Shown here: piece by piece, positions 32,315 to 44,379 of the stretch
Position numbering within the stretch: position 1 is the stretch's first letter
How the letters are laid out: each line of letters opens with the position of its first letter
From: Cetorhinus maximus
Lineage: Eukaryota
Length of the DNA stretch: 64,000 bases
Assembly: GCF_964194155.1 (NCBI RefSeq)
Contig: NC_135882.1
Location: 2,666,001 to 2,730,000, forward strand
Reading direction: 5' to 3'
The notes under the pieces: model-generated
Database searches by the model: none
What the model was told of the DNA's origin: nothing
The model's input: only the letters and a program-made list of their open reading frames with translations
Made by a program: the position numbers and the translations under genes

Positions 32315-35300
32315 CTGAAAAGAAGACACAGAGACCAAAAACATATTCAACAGGATCTTTTGAACAATGCACAAATTCAGCAATAATGCACTGAACCGGT
32401 TAGAGTTCCACCCAGGTTCATATTGGTCTGCATTATAGAAGTACACACATTTCAAATATCTACATTACATAAAAGTGGTCACAACATATATGTTTACAGC
32501 AAGAATGCACCAATTCCAATTTCCAATGGGCTACACTTTTTTGAAGGTCCAAGGAGTGGAGCAATTGGTTGAAACATCCGGAGCAAAAATGAAGCAGGCT
32601 GCAAGATCAGAGTTGGAGCAGGGGTTGAGTGGGCGTTCTTCTTATCCAGAAGCTGGGACAAGAGGAGAGCAAGAGTAGAGGCTTTCTTCACAGCTGAGGG
32701 CCAGACTGGATTAGGAGTTTGGTTTTGAGGTTGGGATAGCGGTTGGTGAAAGAGACAGCATTAACCCGTGGCGCCTGCAGGGTGCGGCGCCTGCAGGGTG
32801 CGGCGCCTGCAGGGTGCGGCGCCTGCAGGGTGCGGCGCCTGCAGGGTGCGGCGCCTGCAGGGTGCGGCGCCTGCAGGGTGCGGCGCCTGCAGGGTGCGGC
32901 GCCTGCAGGGTGCGGCGCCTGCAGGGTGCGGCGTGTATAGGGTGTGGGGTATTACTTAGGGAAAGGAGGCCCAATAATGAAAAGACCATACTTCGCCACC
33001 AGTAAGTGTTTTTCAGCCATGGAGTCTGGCAGGAAAACTGTTGTAAACTAAATGAAAAGTTAAATAGACGAAAGGAGGGCTGTTTTTGCTCGTAAGAGAC
33101 ACTTACCCATCCAGTGCTGAGGTAGCCTAGGTTTGGAGGCAAAATAAAGTTACTGAAGATAGAGTTATACTACATCCCTTACAGTCTCTCTCTCTCTCCT
33201 CTCACCCCTTCACCCCCGTGTGACACTCGCTGGGAATGGTCAAAATGTTGGGAAATTATAACAGGAGTTGGGATTGGCATGGGGAGGAAAAACCAACAGG
33301 TCTGGCTAAGTGTGGCAAGAATCAGGCAAAGAGTGTCAGCTGAATGACGGCCAGTGTTTGAAAGAAGTATTTCCCCCTCCCCCTCCCCACAGTGCTCAGG
33401 GGAAGTGAAGTATTTGTGTTTTTGACTGGTTCATAATGCACTCCTCCCTACAAGATCCTGCACTCAATCTTGCCTAAAAACTATTTACTTCATCTGACAT
33501 GATCAGTTTGTAACACTGAAAGGCAGCTTTTATCTCTTCTAAGCTTTGCAAATCCCCTGTTTTAGATGTTAAATGTATATTTTTTAAAATTTGAAAATCA
33601 ATTGTTATCTTTCAGCTCCTTCAGTTGTCCTTTCTCCCAATCCCTGGTCAAAACTGTTCTGGGAATACTCCTAATAGTTCTGCTATTGACTTTCTGAAGA
33701 AGTTGATCTTTTGTCTCACTTGTCATCTCAAATTCTAATTGCACCATAGAGGACATCCCCCTATCTGACTGCTGCGTTCAATCACTATAAAAGCAAGACC
33801 TCTCAGGTTGTAATCTCTGGATTACTCCCAGTGCCACGTGCTAGCGAGCTCAGAAATAGGAGGATAGCGCAGGTGAATACGTGGCTTAAGAGTTGGTGCA
33901 GGAGGGAGGGTTTTAGATTCCTGGATCACTGGGACTTGTACAAGCAGGACGGTCTAATCTGAACCAGAGTGGGACTAACATCCTTGCGGGTGGGTTTGCT
34001 AGTGCTGTTGGGAGGAGTTTAAACTAATTTGGCAGGGGACACGGTATGTTAGCAGAATAGGGACACATCATAATACAGTAAAACAATCAAGTCAGAGGGA
34101 GTACAGCTACAATAAGCTTCAAGGGTGTAAGGCAAGGCTGGATGGCCTCTACTTTAATGCCAGGAGTATTACAGGTAAAACGGATAAGTTAAGGGTGAGG
34201 ATTGGCACGTGGAATTGTGATATAGTAGCCATCGCTGAGACGTGGTTGAGGGAAGGGCAGGATTGGCAGCTCAACATTCCGGGATATAGAACCTTCAGGC
34301 GAGACAGGGGAGGGGGTAAAAGAGGAGGAGGTGTTGCATTATTAGTTAAGGAGTCAGTTACTGCAGTAAGGAGAGATGATATCTTGGGGGGGGGGCATCG
34401 AATGAAGCTTTGTGGGTAGAGCTTAGGAATAAAAAAGGGGCAACCACGTTATTAGGTGTTTATTATAGACCCCAGATAGTCAGCGGGAAATTGAGGAGCA
34501 AATATGTGCACAATTTGTAGAGGTGTGTAAAAACAATAACAATAGGGTAATTATATTAGGTGATTTCAACTTTCCCAACATCAATTGGGATAGACATAGT
34601 GTTAAGGGCTTGGATGGAGTGGATTTCTTGAAATGTGTACAGGTGAACTTTTTAGGTCAATATGTAGAGGGTCCAACAAGGGATGGTGCATTGCTGGACC
34701 TAATTCTGGGGAATGAAGCCGGACACGTGGCTGAGGTGGTGGTGGGCGAGCATTTTTGCGATAGCGACCACAACATGGTACAGTTTAAGTTTGTTATGGA
34801 CAAAGACAAGTTGCAAAAATATGTTTTGGATTGGGGGAGAGTGGATTTTTGTAAAATAAGGCAGGATCTGGCCAAGGTAGACTGGGAGCAGTTACTTGTG
34901 GGGAAATCTACAGAGGAGCAGTGGGGGGTGTTCAAAAAGGAAATGGGGAGGGTACAGGCTGAACATGTTCCCTCTAGGGTGATAGGAAGGAGTAACAAGC
35001 CCAGAGAACCATGGATGACCAGAGATATTCAGGTTACGATGAGAAGGAAAAGAGAGGCTTTTAGCAGGTACAAGGGAAGCAAATCAGCGGAGGCATTAGT
35101 GGAGTACAGACAGTTCAGGGAGCTTAAGAAAGCAATTAGGAGAGCAAAGAGGGGATAGGAGAAAGCTCTGGCTAGTAAAAGCAGGGAAAATCCCAAGATA
35201 TTCTAAAAGTATATCAATGGGAAGAGGATAACCAGGGAAAGAGTAGGGCCCATAAGGGACCAAGGGGGCAATCTATGGGTGGAGCCAGAGGACGTCGCTA

Positions 35301-38300
35301 GAGTGTTGAATGAATACTTCACGTCCATCTTCACCCAAGAGAATGAGGATGAAGGTATCGAACTCGGGGAGAGAGACTGCGAGGTTCTTAAGCAAATTGA
35401 TATAGGAAGAGACAAGGTATTGGAGGTGTTGGCAGGCTTAAAAGTGGACAAATCTCCAGGTCCAGATGATTTGTGTCCCAGACTGCTGAGGGAGGCAAGG
35501 GAGGAAATCACAGGGGCTCTGACCCAAATTTTTAATTCCCCTCTGGCCACAGGGGAGGTGCAAGAGGACTGGAGAACAGCTAATGTGGTTCCGCTATTTA
35601 AGAAGGGTTGTAGAGATAAGCCAGGGAACTACAGGCCAGTGAGTCTCATGTCAGTGGTAAGGAAACTATTGGAGAAAGTTCTGAAGGAGAGTATCTATCT
35701 CCACTTGGAGAGGCAAGGTTTGATCAGGGATAGTCAGCATGGCTTTGTCAGAGAGACGTCATGCCTAACAAATTTGATTGAATTTTTTGAGGTGACCAGG
35801 TGTGTAGATGAGGGTAGTGCAGTTGATGTAGTTTATATGGATTTCAGCAAAGCCTTCGACAAGGTCCAACATGGGAAACTTATAAAGAAGGCAAATGCAC
35901 ATGGGATACAGGGTAATTTGATAAGGTGGATTCAAAATTGGCTTAGTTGTAGGAGGCAGAGGGTGATGACAGAAGGATGCTTTAGTGACTGGAAGCCAGT
36001 GTCCAGTGGCGTACCACGGGGATCTGTGCTGGGTCCCCTATTATTTGTCATTTATATAAATGACATAGATGACTATGTGGGGGGTAGGATTAGTAAGTTT
36101 GTGGATGACACAAAGATTGGCCGGGTGGTTAACAGTGAGGTTGAGTGTCTTGGGCTACAGGAAGATATAGATGGGATGGTCAAATGGGCAGATAAGTGGC
36201 AGATGGAATTTAACCCTGAAAAGTGTGAGGTGATACACTTTGGAAGGAGTAATTAGAGAAGGAAGTATTCAATGTACAGCATGACACTAGGAAGTTCTGA
36301 GGAACAAAGGGACCTTGGCGTATATGTCCATAGATCTCTGAAGGCGGAGGGGCACATTAGTGGGGTGGTGAAAAAGGCATATGGGACACTTGCCTTTATC
36401 AATTGAAGAATAAATTACAAAAGTAGGGAGGTCATGTTGGAGTTGTATAGAACCTTGGTGAGGCCACAGCTGGAGTACTGTGCGCAGTTCTAGTCGCCAC
36501 ATTATAGGAAGGATGTGATTGCACTGGAGGGGGTGCAGAGGAGATTCACCAGGATGTTGCCTGGGATGAAACATTTAAGTTATGAAGAGAGGTTGGATAG
36601 ACTTGGGTTGTTTTCGTTGGAGCAGAGAAGACTGAGGGGTGACCTGATCGAGGTGTACAAGATTATGAGGGGCATGGACAGGGTGGATAGGGAGCAGCTG
36701 TTCCCCTTAGTTGAAGGGTCAGTCACAATGGGACATAAGTTCAAGGTGAGGGGCAGGAGGTTTAGGGGGGATGTGAGGAAAAACTTTTTTAGCCAGAGGG
36801 TGGTGATGGTCTGGAATGCGCTGCCTGGGAGGGTGGTGGAGGCGGGTTGCCTCACATCCTTTAAAAAGTACCTGGATGAGCACTTGACACGTCATAACAT
36901 TCAAGGCTATGGGCCAAGTGCTGGTAAATGGGATTAGGTAGGTAGGTCAGGTGTTTCTTACGTGTTGGTGCAGACTCGATGGGCTGAAGGGCCTCTTCTG
37001 CACTGTGATTCTGTGAATAAAAATCAAGTTTACCATCTTCCTGCCTGCCAGATCCACTGCTCTTTTGAACTCCAGCAAGTCCCCATGGTTCCCATACTAA
37101 CCATTATACTGTCCTCAAGATGTGTGCTTCCATATTTGCCTTACCTCTGCCTTCTCTTCAGTCTCTTAATCTTATTCCACCAATCCATGCTGTTGGAATC
37201 GTGCTTGTGTTCACTTTTTTTATTACGTCTCAACAAGTACTTTCCAAAGTTCAGTTAACTCAAAAATTAATTATCTTTAAAGTTCTGACTTAACCCTGAT
37301 CAGCAGTCTGAGCATGACTGGACTCAGTTCTTGGAACATTATGCCCATGAAACACATTACATTAACGGGCATGTACCTGCACGGAGAGACAAAAAGCAGA
37401 GTGTGGATAAATGAACACTGTGGATTAGCAGAGTAGTGATATTTCCCAGGATTTACTGGGGCCTCTATTGTTTCCATTTACATAAATAGTTTGGACATAG
37501 GCACAAGAGTAACAATGTTGAGCCTGGCTGTTTTCTAACAGATTAGGGACTATGGCACACTAAGGAACACTGTAGGGAGACATAGGCAGGCTAGCAGAGT
37601 AGCCATATGGGTAACAGATGCAGTTTGATATGTTAGATATATTGAGGGGAAAAACTGTGATGAAGCATATGCTAATTCTGAGCAGTTAGCATTAGGCCAT
37701 GGGTAAAAGTATAAAAGGTCCAGAACAGGCGGGGCTGTGGAAAACAACACCCATCTCGTATATAGAACTGGAACGTCTGAGCTAAGTATACAGCAACAAA
37801 TAACTTCTACATTTCTAATATGTAAAATATTGTTTTGATTTATGGTTGGTGAAAAATAATGCATGATTGCACTAGTTTATTATTATGAGGGTTGACTAGA
37901 ATGATACCCTGCTCACCCATCTTCTTGCTGACCTACATTGGCTCTTGGTTTCTCAGTGCCTGCCGTTAAAATTCTGATAGTGTCCTGATGAGTTCAAGGT
38001 GAAAAGCTTCCTCAGCATGACTCTTTTTTTCAGCAACGCAAAAATTCTTATCCCAGTTTTAAATCCCTTTTTGGTCTCACTCATCCCTTTCTTATCCTTC
38101 TCCAAGCCATTAACTCTGCAGAACATGTGTTCCTTTGACCCTGGTTTCACGTCTTCCCTGTCTTTTTACTCCACATTAGCGGCTGTGACATTAGCAGTCT
38201 CAGCCTGAACCTCCAGCACTTTCTCCCTAAATTTCTCTTCCTCTTCATCTCTCTCTCCTTCTTTCCATTTTTGCCTGATTAGTTTTCTGTGAAGCACTTT

Positions 38301-39847
38301 GGGATTTTATTCCTACCTTAAACAGGTGCTACATAAAATGAAGTTGTTGTTACCGATATAGTTATCCTTCACTTCCAATTGGATAAGCAAAGAAGAAAAT
38401 ATTTACCTTTTTGTTTGATCCAGAGGGATAAGATAGCAACTATGAAGTAGAATCCCACCCAATATTTCTCTAGCCTTATAGAAATAGAGTGATTCTGAAG
38501 AAATTCGGCTCGAAACATTAACTCTGTTGTCTCTCGCCACAGGCACTGCCAGACCTGCGGAGTATTTCCAGCATTTTCTGTTTTTACTTCAGAGTGGTGC
38601 TCATTTTTGCTCCTTGTAGAAAGGTGTCACTTTAAGACTCTTCTTTCATTTAGGAACAGTTCCAATGAATGAATCCCAAAGCAGATCCTCAGACTACACC
38701 AGAAATTGGTGCTGTGGACAAGTTCACATTTGAAGTTGATGAATCACCAACCTGTACATGCCACATAAATTAACACATATACATACCTCTCCCTTTTGGA
38801 GTAATTTCTGCAACCAAATCATCAACTGTAACATGTTCCAACCCTTTTTCCCTGATCACATCTATTAAGAAAAATGGGAAAAAAAACAATTTCAAATCCA
38901 GGACAAGGAAAAAGCCACAAAACATTTGCATCAAAATAAGCAGCTGGCTAAACATCCAGTTCAAAACTTCAAAATCTGACATTTGCAATCTGTTGAGCTA
39001 CTGATAATTGCATTGTACTCTATTTTTCTTAGCTTCTAAAAATCAGATTATCTCTTTCTGTATTTTCTTTACATTACTTGAACTATATTATTGATATGAT
39101 ACACACAAAAATGTCAGAACTTAGTAGCACATGCAACTGTAAACTCACACTTCAATTAACTCCAATAATTGGTTCAACAAACTTGCTGCCAGAACACATT
39201 CTTATATTTTATAGCAATTCCATCTCAATGCTGTTAAGTCAATGTCCTGTGATGCTCACTGGTTGAGGGAGGTTTCAAATCATTTAATGAGAGTTTGCAT
39301 TCTTCACCGGTAAATTAAAAGTTTGTCTTTATCCTCTCCGAATTACTTTATTTAAAAAAAATCTAGTTAGGTTTAAGGGCAATCATTTAAACTGCACAAG
39401 AAATTACACCGAAGCTGAACTGAGTGTTTTTATGCACAGACTATCAGAACCTCTTGTCCTGAAAACTATATGAAACTAGTAAATGATCCTAACGCTCATT
39501 CTCGGTCAGCCTGTAGTCACTTCTTCCCCCGTGCTAACTGGAACACTTTCTCCAGTTCCAAGTTGTAGCTGGAAGGCTTCCTGCAAAGTGAAATCAGCCC
39601 TCTTCCCCAATGAACGTTTACCTTTACAGTGCGCTTTCAACTGATCTTTCCATCCACATTCAGTGAGTTTTGCTCGGAGCAACTCCTTCAGGCTGTGGGG
39701 AAAAAAGACAGACTAGAAAGAATTGACATCCCAATTATTTAGACATTGGAAAATATATTTAAGATGGAAACTGTCTCACCGTTCTCGTTCTCCCGTTTCT
39801 ATCAACTTCTGGTTTATAGTTGCTCGGAGTTGTGCGTCTTTATTCAT
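32238..39847 (-). CDS. ENY2: ENY2 (Sus1 homolog; SAGA DUB module / TREX-2 subunit), 96 aa, 4 coding exons
   Basis: Spliced: [96 protein letters not shown]; 68+71+75+77=291 nt. Confidence 0.97.
32769..32933. repeat. 16-bp GC-rich minisatellite, about 10 copies
   Basis: Unit GGCGCCTGCAGGGTGC, essentially perfect. Confidence 0.95.
33788..37015 (+). mobile_element. HER1/CR1-type LINE, about 3.2 kb: ORF1 SGNH-esterase C-terminus plus near-complete disrupted ORF2 (APE + RT)
   Basis: ORF1 [12 protein letters not shown]...[17 protein letters not shown]...DGL; APE YFNARSI, AETWL, GDFNFP, SDH; [26 protein letters not shown]; stops and frameshifts; tail gcagactcgatgggctgaagggcctcttctgcactgtgattctg. 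Antisense in the last ENY2 intron. Confidence 0.93.
38490..38592 (+). mobile_element. Penelope terminus with damaged hammerhead (CTGAAGA...GAAAC)
   Basis: ctgaagaaattcggctcgaaacattaactctg...ctgccagacctgcggagtatttccagcattttctg. Confidence 0.65.
38787..38861 (-). CDS. ENY2: ENY2 exon ([25 protein letters not shown])
   Basis: aatag|AT...AGA G|gtatgt; 75 nt. Confidence 0.97.
39622..39692 (-). CDS. ENY2: ENY2 exon ([23 protein letters not shown])
   Basis: ccacag|C...AAA G|gtaaac; 71 nt. Confidence 0.97.
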
Positions 39848-39856
39848 TTCAGAAAC
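39780..39856 (-). CDS. ENY2: ENY2 exon 2 ([26 protein letters not shown]; ATG at 39847)
   Basis: tactag|GTT TCT GAA ATG...CG|gtgaga; 77 nt. Confidence 0.95.
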
Positions 39857-41701
39857 CTAGTAACTGTAACAGCACGAAAACATTGGCATTTATGAATGTG
39901 AAAGGGACAGAAGTGTTTTGTTTTGATTTCTCTTAACACTTAAGCAAAATTATCAGCTGACCATTTAGTGCATTTTGAACTTTTCACAAGTGGTTCACAT
40001 TCAGGGTGTGAACAGATGAGGATATAATGCAAAAATGTGTGAAGCCCCAAGTGCATGAAATATAGGATTTCTGTGACGTTAATAAGGCAGAGAGCTCTTA
40101 GCTGTGAAAACATTTTTCACAAGGGAATTGGAACTTACCGGCATATTCTGATTTTATACACTAAAGTTTCTTGTTCTTAAATGGACAGATAGGTACAAGG
40201 GAGAGGGGATAAACAAACTGTGAATTAATAAAATAATCTCTCAATTGAGGAAAAATCCCCATTGCTAATCTGTTTCTAGGTCTCAAAAGTAATTGTTGAC
40301 TTATTGTTGCCCTTTAGCCTTCTATCATTTTCGCTTACGCCCAGCATATTACATCAGATATGTAGAATTCAGGTTACAGTCACAGGAGGGAGATTTAAAG
40401 AGAAGACAGGTGACTGACTAGCGGCTGTTCAGTTCTGAAATACTTTGGTATAAAACAGAAAGCAATCAGAAATAGTACAAAAGTTTTTAGCACCACGCAC
40501 TCCCTGATTCCAGCCCCCTCCCTCGTTGTTTGCTAAATCAGATGCTATACAATCCCCATGCCCAGACCCACCCTGAGCTGAGTTTCAAACTCCGTAATAC
40601 ATCAATTGTCAAGATTGCTTTCTTTCCATTGCTGTAACGTTACTAACATCGGCCCCTACCTCACCTTGGCTGCCATTGAAAATCTGACCCACATTTTCCA
40701 TCTCCCGAATCAACATCTCCAACACCCTTCCCAAGTTCCACCCTACACAAACTACACATACATCTCTAATAAAAATGACTCCGGAAACAATTGTATAGAT
40801 GCCTTGATTAGCTGTCTCTCACCTTCCTTACACATACACACCACAGTCATAGGAGATAAGCATTGAACAAAAAGGAGCTACAATCACACCAACACAAATT
40901 GCAGTTGCAAGATTTCAAACCAGACATTTTCTATTCACTAAATACTGCAGTAACAAAAGTAACCCACTAGTGGCTGCAAGAAAATTTCACAATAACTTGC
41001 AATTAAGTTACGCTTCAAATAACATGAGATGTAACATATCCTTCACTTGTGAATAAGACCTGGCTAAACATAGCCTCACAACACTTCTGTGATTTATCAA
41101 AAGCCTAGAAGGGACTCTAGTCCATTTTATCCCCAGACATACCCTGCAAACTATCCAAGAGACAGCCTTGTAATTAACATTCATTGCTTCTGCAGCATGA
41201 CTGAGGTACCACAATCACACTTTTCCATTAGATAGCACTGAAAATCTCAGTGCTGAGTACAATCAAAGCTGTAATGATTTCTCAGTGGCAGCCATGTTAA
41301 CTGTAGTGCTCTTCAGTGTTTGAATGTCACCCCATGTTGTTACCTGGCATCGTGATGCTAGGAATTATATAACTGCATGAACGTGCTCTGCCAGCTCACC
41401 ATGTCTCACCCACACCAATCTTTGAAAAAGAGAATTGTTAGAACAAAAACTGAGAAAAGCCAAAAAGAGGTAATGGCTGCCTTTATATAGCACCAAGACC
41501 TGTGCTAATGGTGCCAGCATAGAGAAATAATACAAGTGCCATATAGAAAGAATCTGAATGCAAAGAGATTGTAGCCACAATTCAGAGTAAAGCAAGGGCA
41601 CCAACAACACCCAACCTATACATTTTGAAAAGTCACAAAGCAGCTGTATCACGTTTTACATTGGTAATTACTGGGGGAAAATGCCCAAAATCAGAAATCT
41701 A

Positions 41702-41840
41702 GGCCGGAATTTTCCAGCCCCTCACACCAGTGGGATCTTCCAGTCCTGCCAATGTGAATGGAGGTTTCAATGGCTCACTGGCCCTGCTCCGGGTGAACCT
41801 GTCCGGGGGTGGGGGGGCGGCGGGCTGGAAAATTCTGGCC
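41702..41840. mobile_element. MITE with 19-bp TIRs
   Basis: GGCCGGAATTTTCCAGCCC ... GGGCTGGAAAATTCTGGCC (1 mismatch). Confidence 0.75.
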
Positions 41841-42124
41841 CGAGGATGGAGTGCTAACCTGCAGCGCGCAAATGAGACAAACACTTGGATAGTTTCAACC
41901 TGGGAGGAAAAGATAAGCAGGAGATTCACTGACTGAGCCTGGGCCAGGACTTCATCCTACAATGAGAAATTCCCTTTCTTACCCTCAGGCTGACTGTCTC
42001 ATCCATCTCTTCATTCCCTCCATGCTCCCAGCTTGCTAACCTTCTTTCCCCATAAACAATCCTGCTCTTCACTCTCTTACGTAGCTGTTCACTGTACCAC
42101 AACAACCTCTCCCCTGCACAGACA

Positions 42125-42930
42125 CAAGAGTACAGGTAATAGGAGTAGGCCATTCAGCCCCTCAAGCCTGCTCTGCTATTTAATAAGATCATGGCTGATC
42201 TGATTGTGGCCTCAACCCCTCTTTCCTGTCTGTAATCCCTCCCCCAAACCATCTCTTGTTGATCAAAAAGTTATTTAACTCAGCCTTGAATATATTCAAT
42301 GACCCAGCCTCTACTGCTCTCTGGGGAAAAGATATCCAAAACTAATGACCCTCTGAGAAAGAAAATTCTCCTCATCTTAAATGGGAGACCCCTAATTTTA
42401 AACTGTGTCCCCTAGTTCTAGTCTCTTCCATAAGGTGAAACATCCTTTCAGCATCCACCCTGTCAATTCCCCTCAGGATCTCTTATGTTTCAATAAGATC
42501 ACCTCTCAGTTTTCTAAACTCCAATGGATATGGGCCCAATATGCTCAACCTTTCCTCATAAGATAACGCCTTCGTCCCAGGTATCAGTCCAGTGAACCTT
42601 TACTGAACTGTTTCTAATGTAACATCCTTAAGTAAGGAGATGAAAGCGGTACACAGTGTTGCAGATGTGGTCTTTATATTCCATCCCTCCTGCGATAAAC
42701 AACATTCCATTTGCCTCCTCACCACTGGCTGTACCTGCAGACTAACTTTTAGTGATCCATGTACCAGGACACCCAGATCCCTCTGCACCCCAGAGTTCTG
42801 CAATCTCTCTCCATTGGAATAATTGGCTGCTTTTCTATTCTTCCTGCCAAGGTGGAGGAGTTCGCATTTTCCCACGTTACACTCATGTTTACTCCCTCCC
42901 CCGTGTTTCGCATCTTCACCCAGGCCTGTT
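42125..42930 (-). mobile_element. CR1 3' fragment
   Basis: NVGKCELLHLGRKN...QRDLGVLVH; tail complement aggagtaggccattcagccc. Confidence 0.8.
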
Positions 42931-42959
42931 CCCCCCCCCCACAATCCCCATCATCCCGA

Positions 42960-44322
42960 GGACTGCACCCCCCACAGACCTCTCCACCCCACCCCCCCCC
43001 CACTCCCAGACCTCTCCAATCCCCCCTCACCGACCCCTCCACGCCCCCCAGACCCCTCCACCCCCCAGAGCTCTCCACCCCACCCCCAGACCTCTCCACA
43101 CCCCCCCACCCCCAGACCTCTCCACACCCCCCCACCCCCCAGACCTCATCAACCCCCCCAACACCCAGACCTCACCCACCCACCCCCCCAGACCTCACCC
43201 ACCCCCCCCACCCCCCAGACCTCACCCACCCCCCACCACCCCCAGACCTCACCCACCCCCCACCACCCCCAGACCTCACCCACCCCACCCCCCAGACCTC
43301 ACCCACCCCCCAGACCTCACCCAGACCTCACCCACCCCCCCCACCTCACCCACCCCCCAGACCTCACCCACCCACCCCCCAGACCTCACCCACCCCCCCG
43401 ACCTCACCCACCCACCCCCCAGACCTCACCCACCCCCCCTACCCCAGACCTCACCCACCCCCCAGACCTCACCCACCCCCCCTACCCCAGACCTCACCCA
43501 CCCCCCAGACCTCACCCACCCCCCCACCCCCCAGACCTCACCCACCCCCCCACCCCCCAGACCTCACCCACCCCCCAGACCTCACCCACCCCCCCACCCC
43601 CCAGACCTCACCCACCCCCCCACCCCCCAGACCTCACCCACCCCCCCACCCCCCAGACCTCACCCACCCCCCCACCCCCCAGACCTCACCCACCCCCCCA
43701 CCCCCCAGACCTCACCCACCCCCCCACCCCCCAGACCTCACCCACCCCCCCACCCCCCAGACCTCACCCACCCCCCCACCCCCCAGACCTCACCCACCCC
43801 CCCACCCCCCAGACCTCACCCACCCCCCCACCCCCCAGACCTCACCCACCCCCCCACCCCCCAGACCTCACCCACCCCCCCACCCCCGCACCCCCCAGAC
43901 CTCACCCACCCCCGCACCCCCCAGACCTCACCCACCCCCCCACCCCCCAGACCTCACCCACACCCCCCCCNNNNNNNNNNNNNNNNNNNNNNNNNNNNNN
44001 NNNNNNNNNNNNNNNNNNNNNNNNNNNNNNNNNNNNNNNNNNNNNNNNNNNNNNNNNNNNNNNNNNNNNNNNNNNNNNNNNNNNNNNNNNNNNNNNNNNN
44101 NNNNNNNNNNNNNNNNNNNNNNNNNNNNNNNNNNNNNNNNNNNNNNNNNNNNNNNNNNNNNNNNNNNNNNNNNNNNNNNNNNNNNNNNNNNNNNNNCCCA
44201 TCCCCCAGACCTCACCCACCCACCCCCACCCCCACCCCCCAGACCTCACCCACCCACCCCCACCCCCCAGACCTCACCCACCCACCCCCACCCCCCAGAC
44301 CTCACCAACCCCCCCACCCCCC
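42960..44322. repeat. C-rich minisatellite, about 26-bp unit, spanning an assembly gap
   Basis: Unit AGACCTCACCCACCCCCCCACCCCCC with length variants on both sides of the Ns. Confidence 0.95.
43971..44196. other. Assembly gap (226 N)
   Basis: Run of n. Confidence 1.
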
Positions 44323-44379
44323 CTGTCTGTCTGTCTCTCTCCCTGCACAGATTGTTCCCTCACATTTCCCTCTCCCCCA

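Noticed and set aside
32711-33142. Repetitive ORFs ([16 protein letters not shown])n
   Set aside because: Products of the 16-bp tandem repeat.
34195-36937. Functional endonuclease/RT gene
   Set aside because: Multiple stops and frameshifts; a dead CR1 copy.
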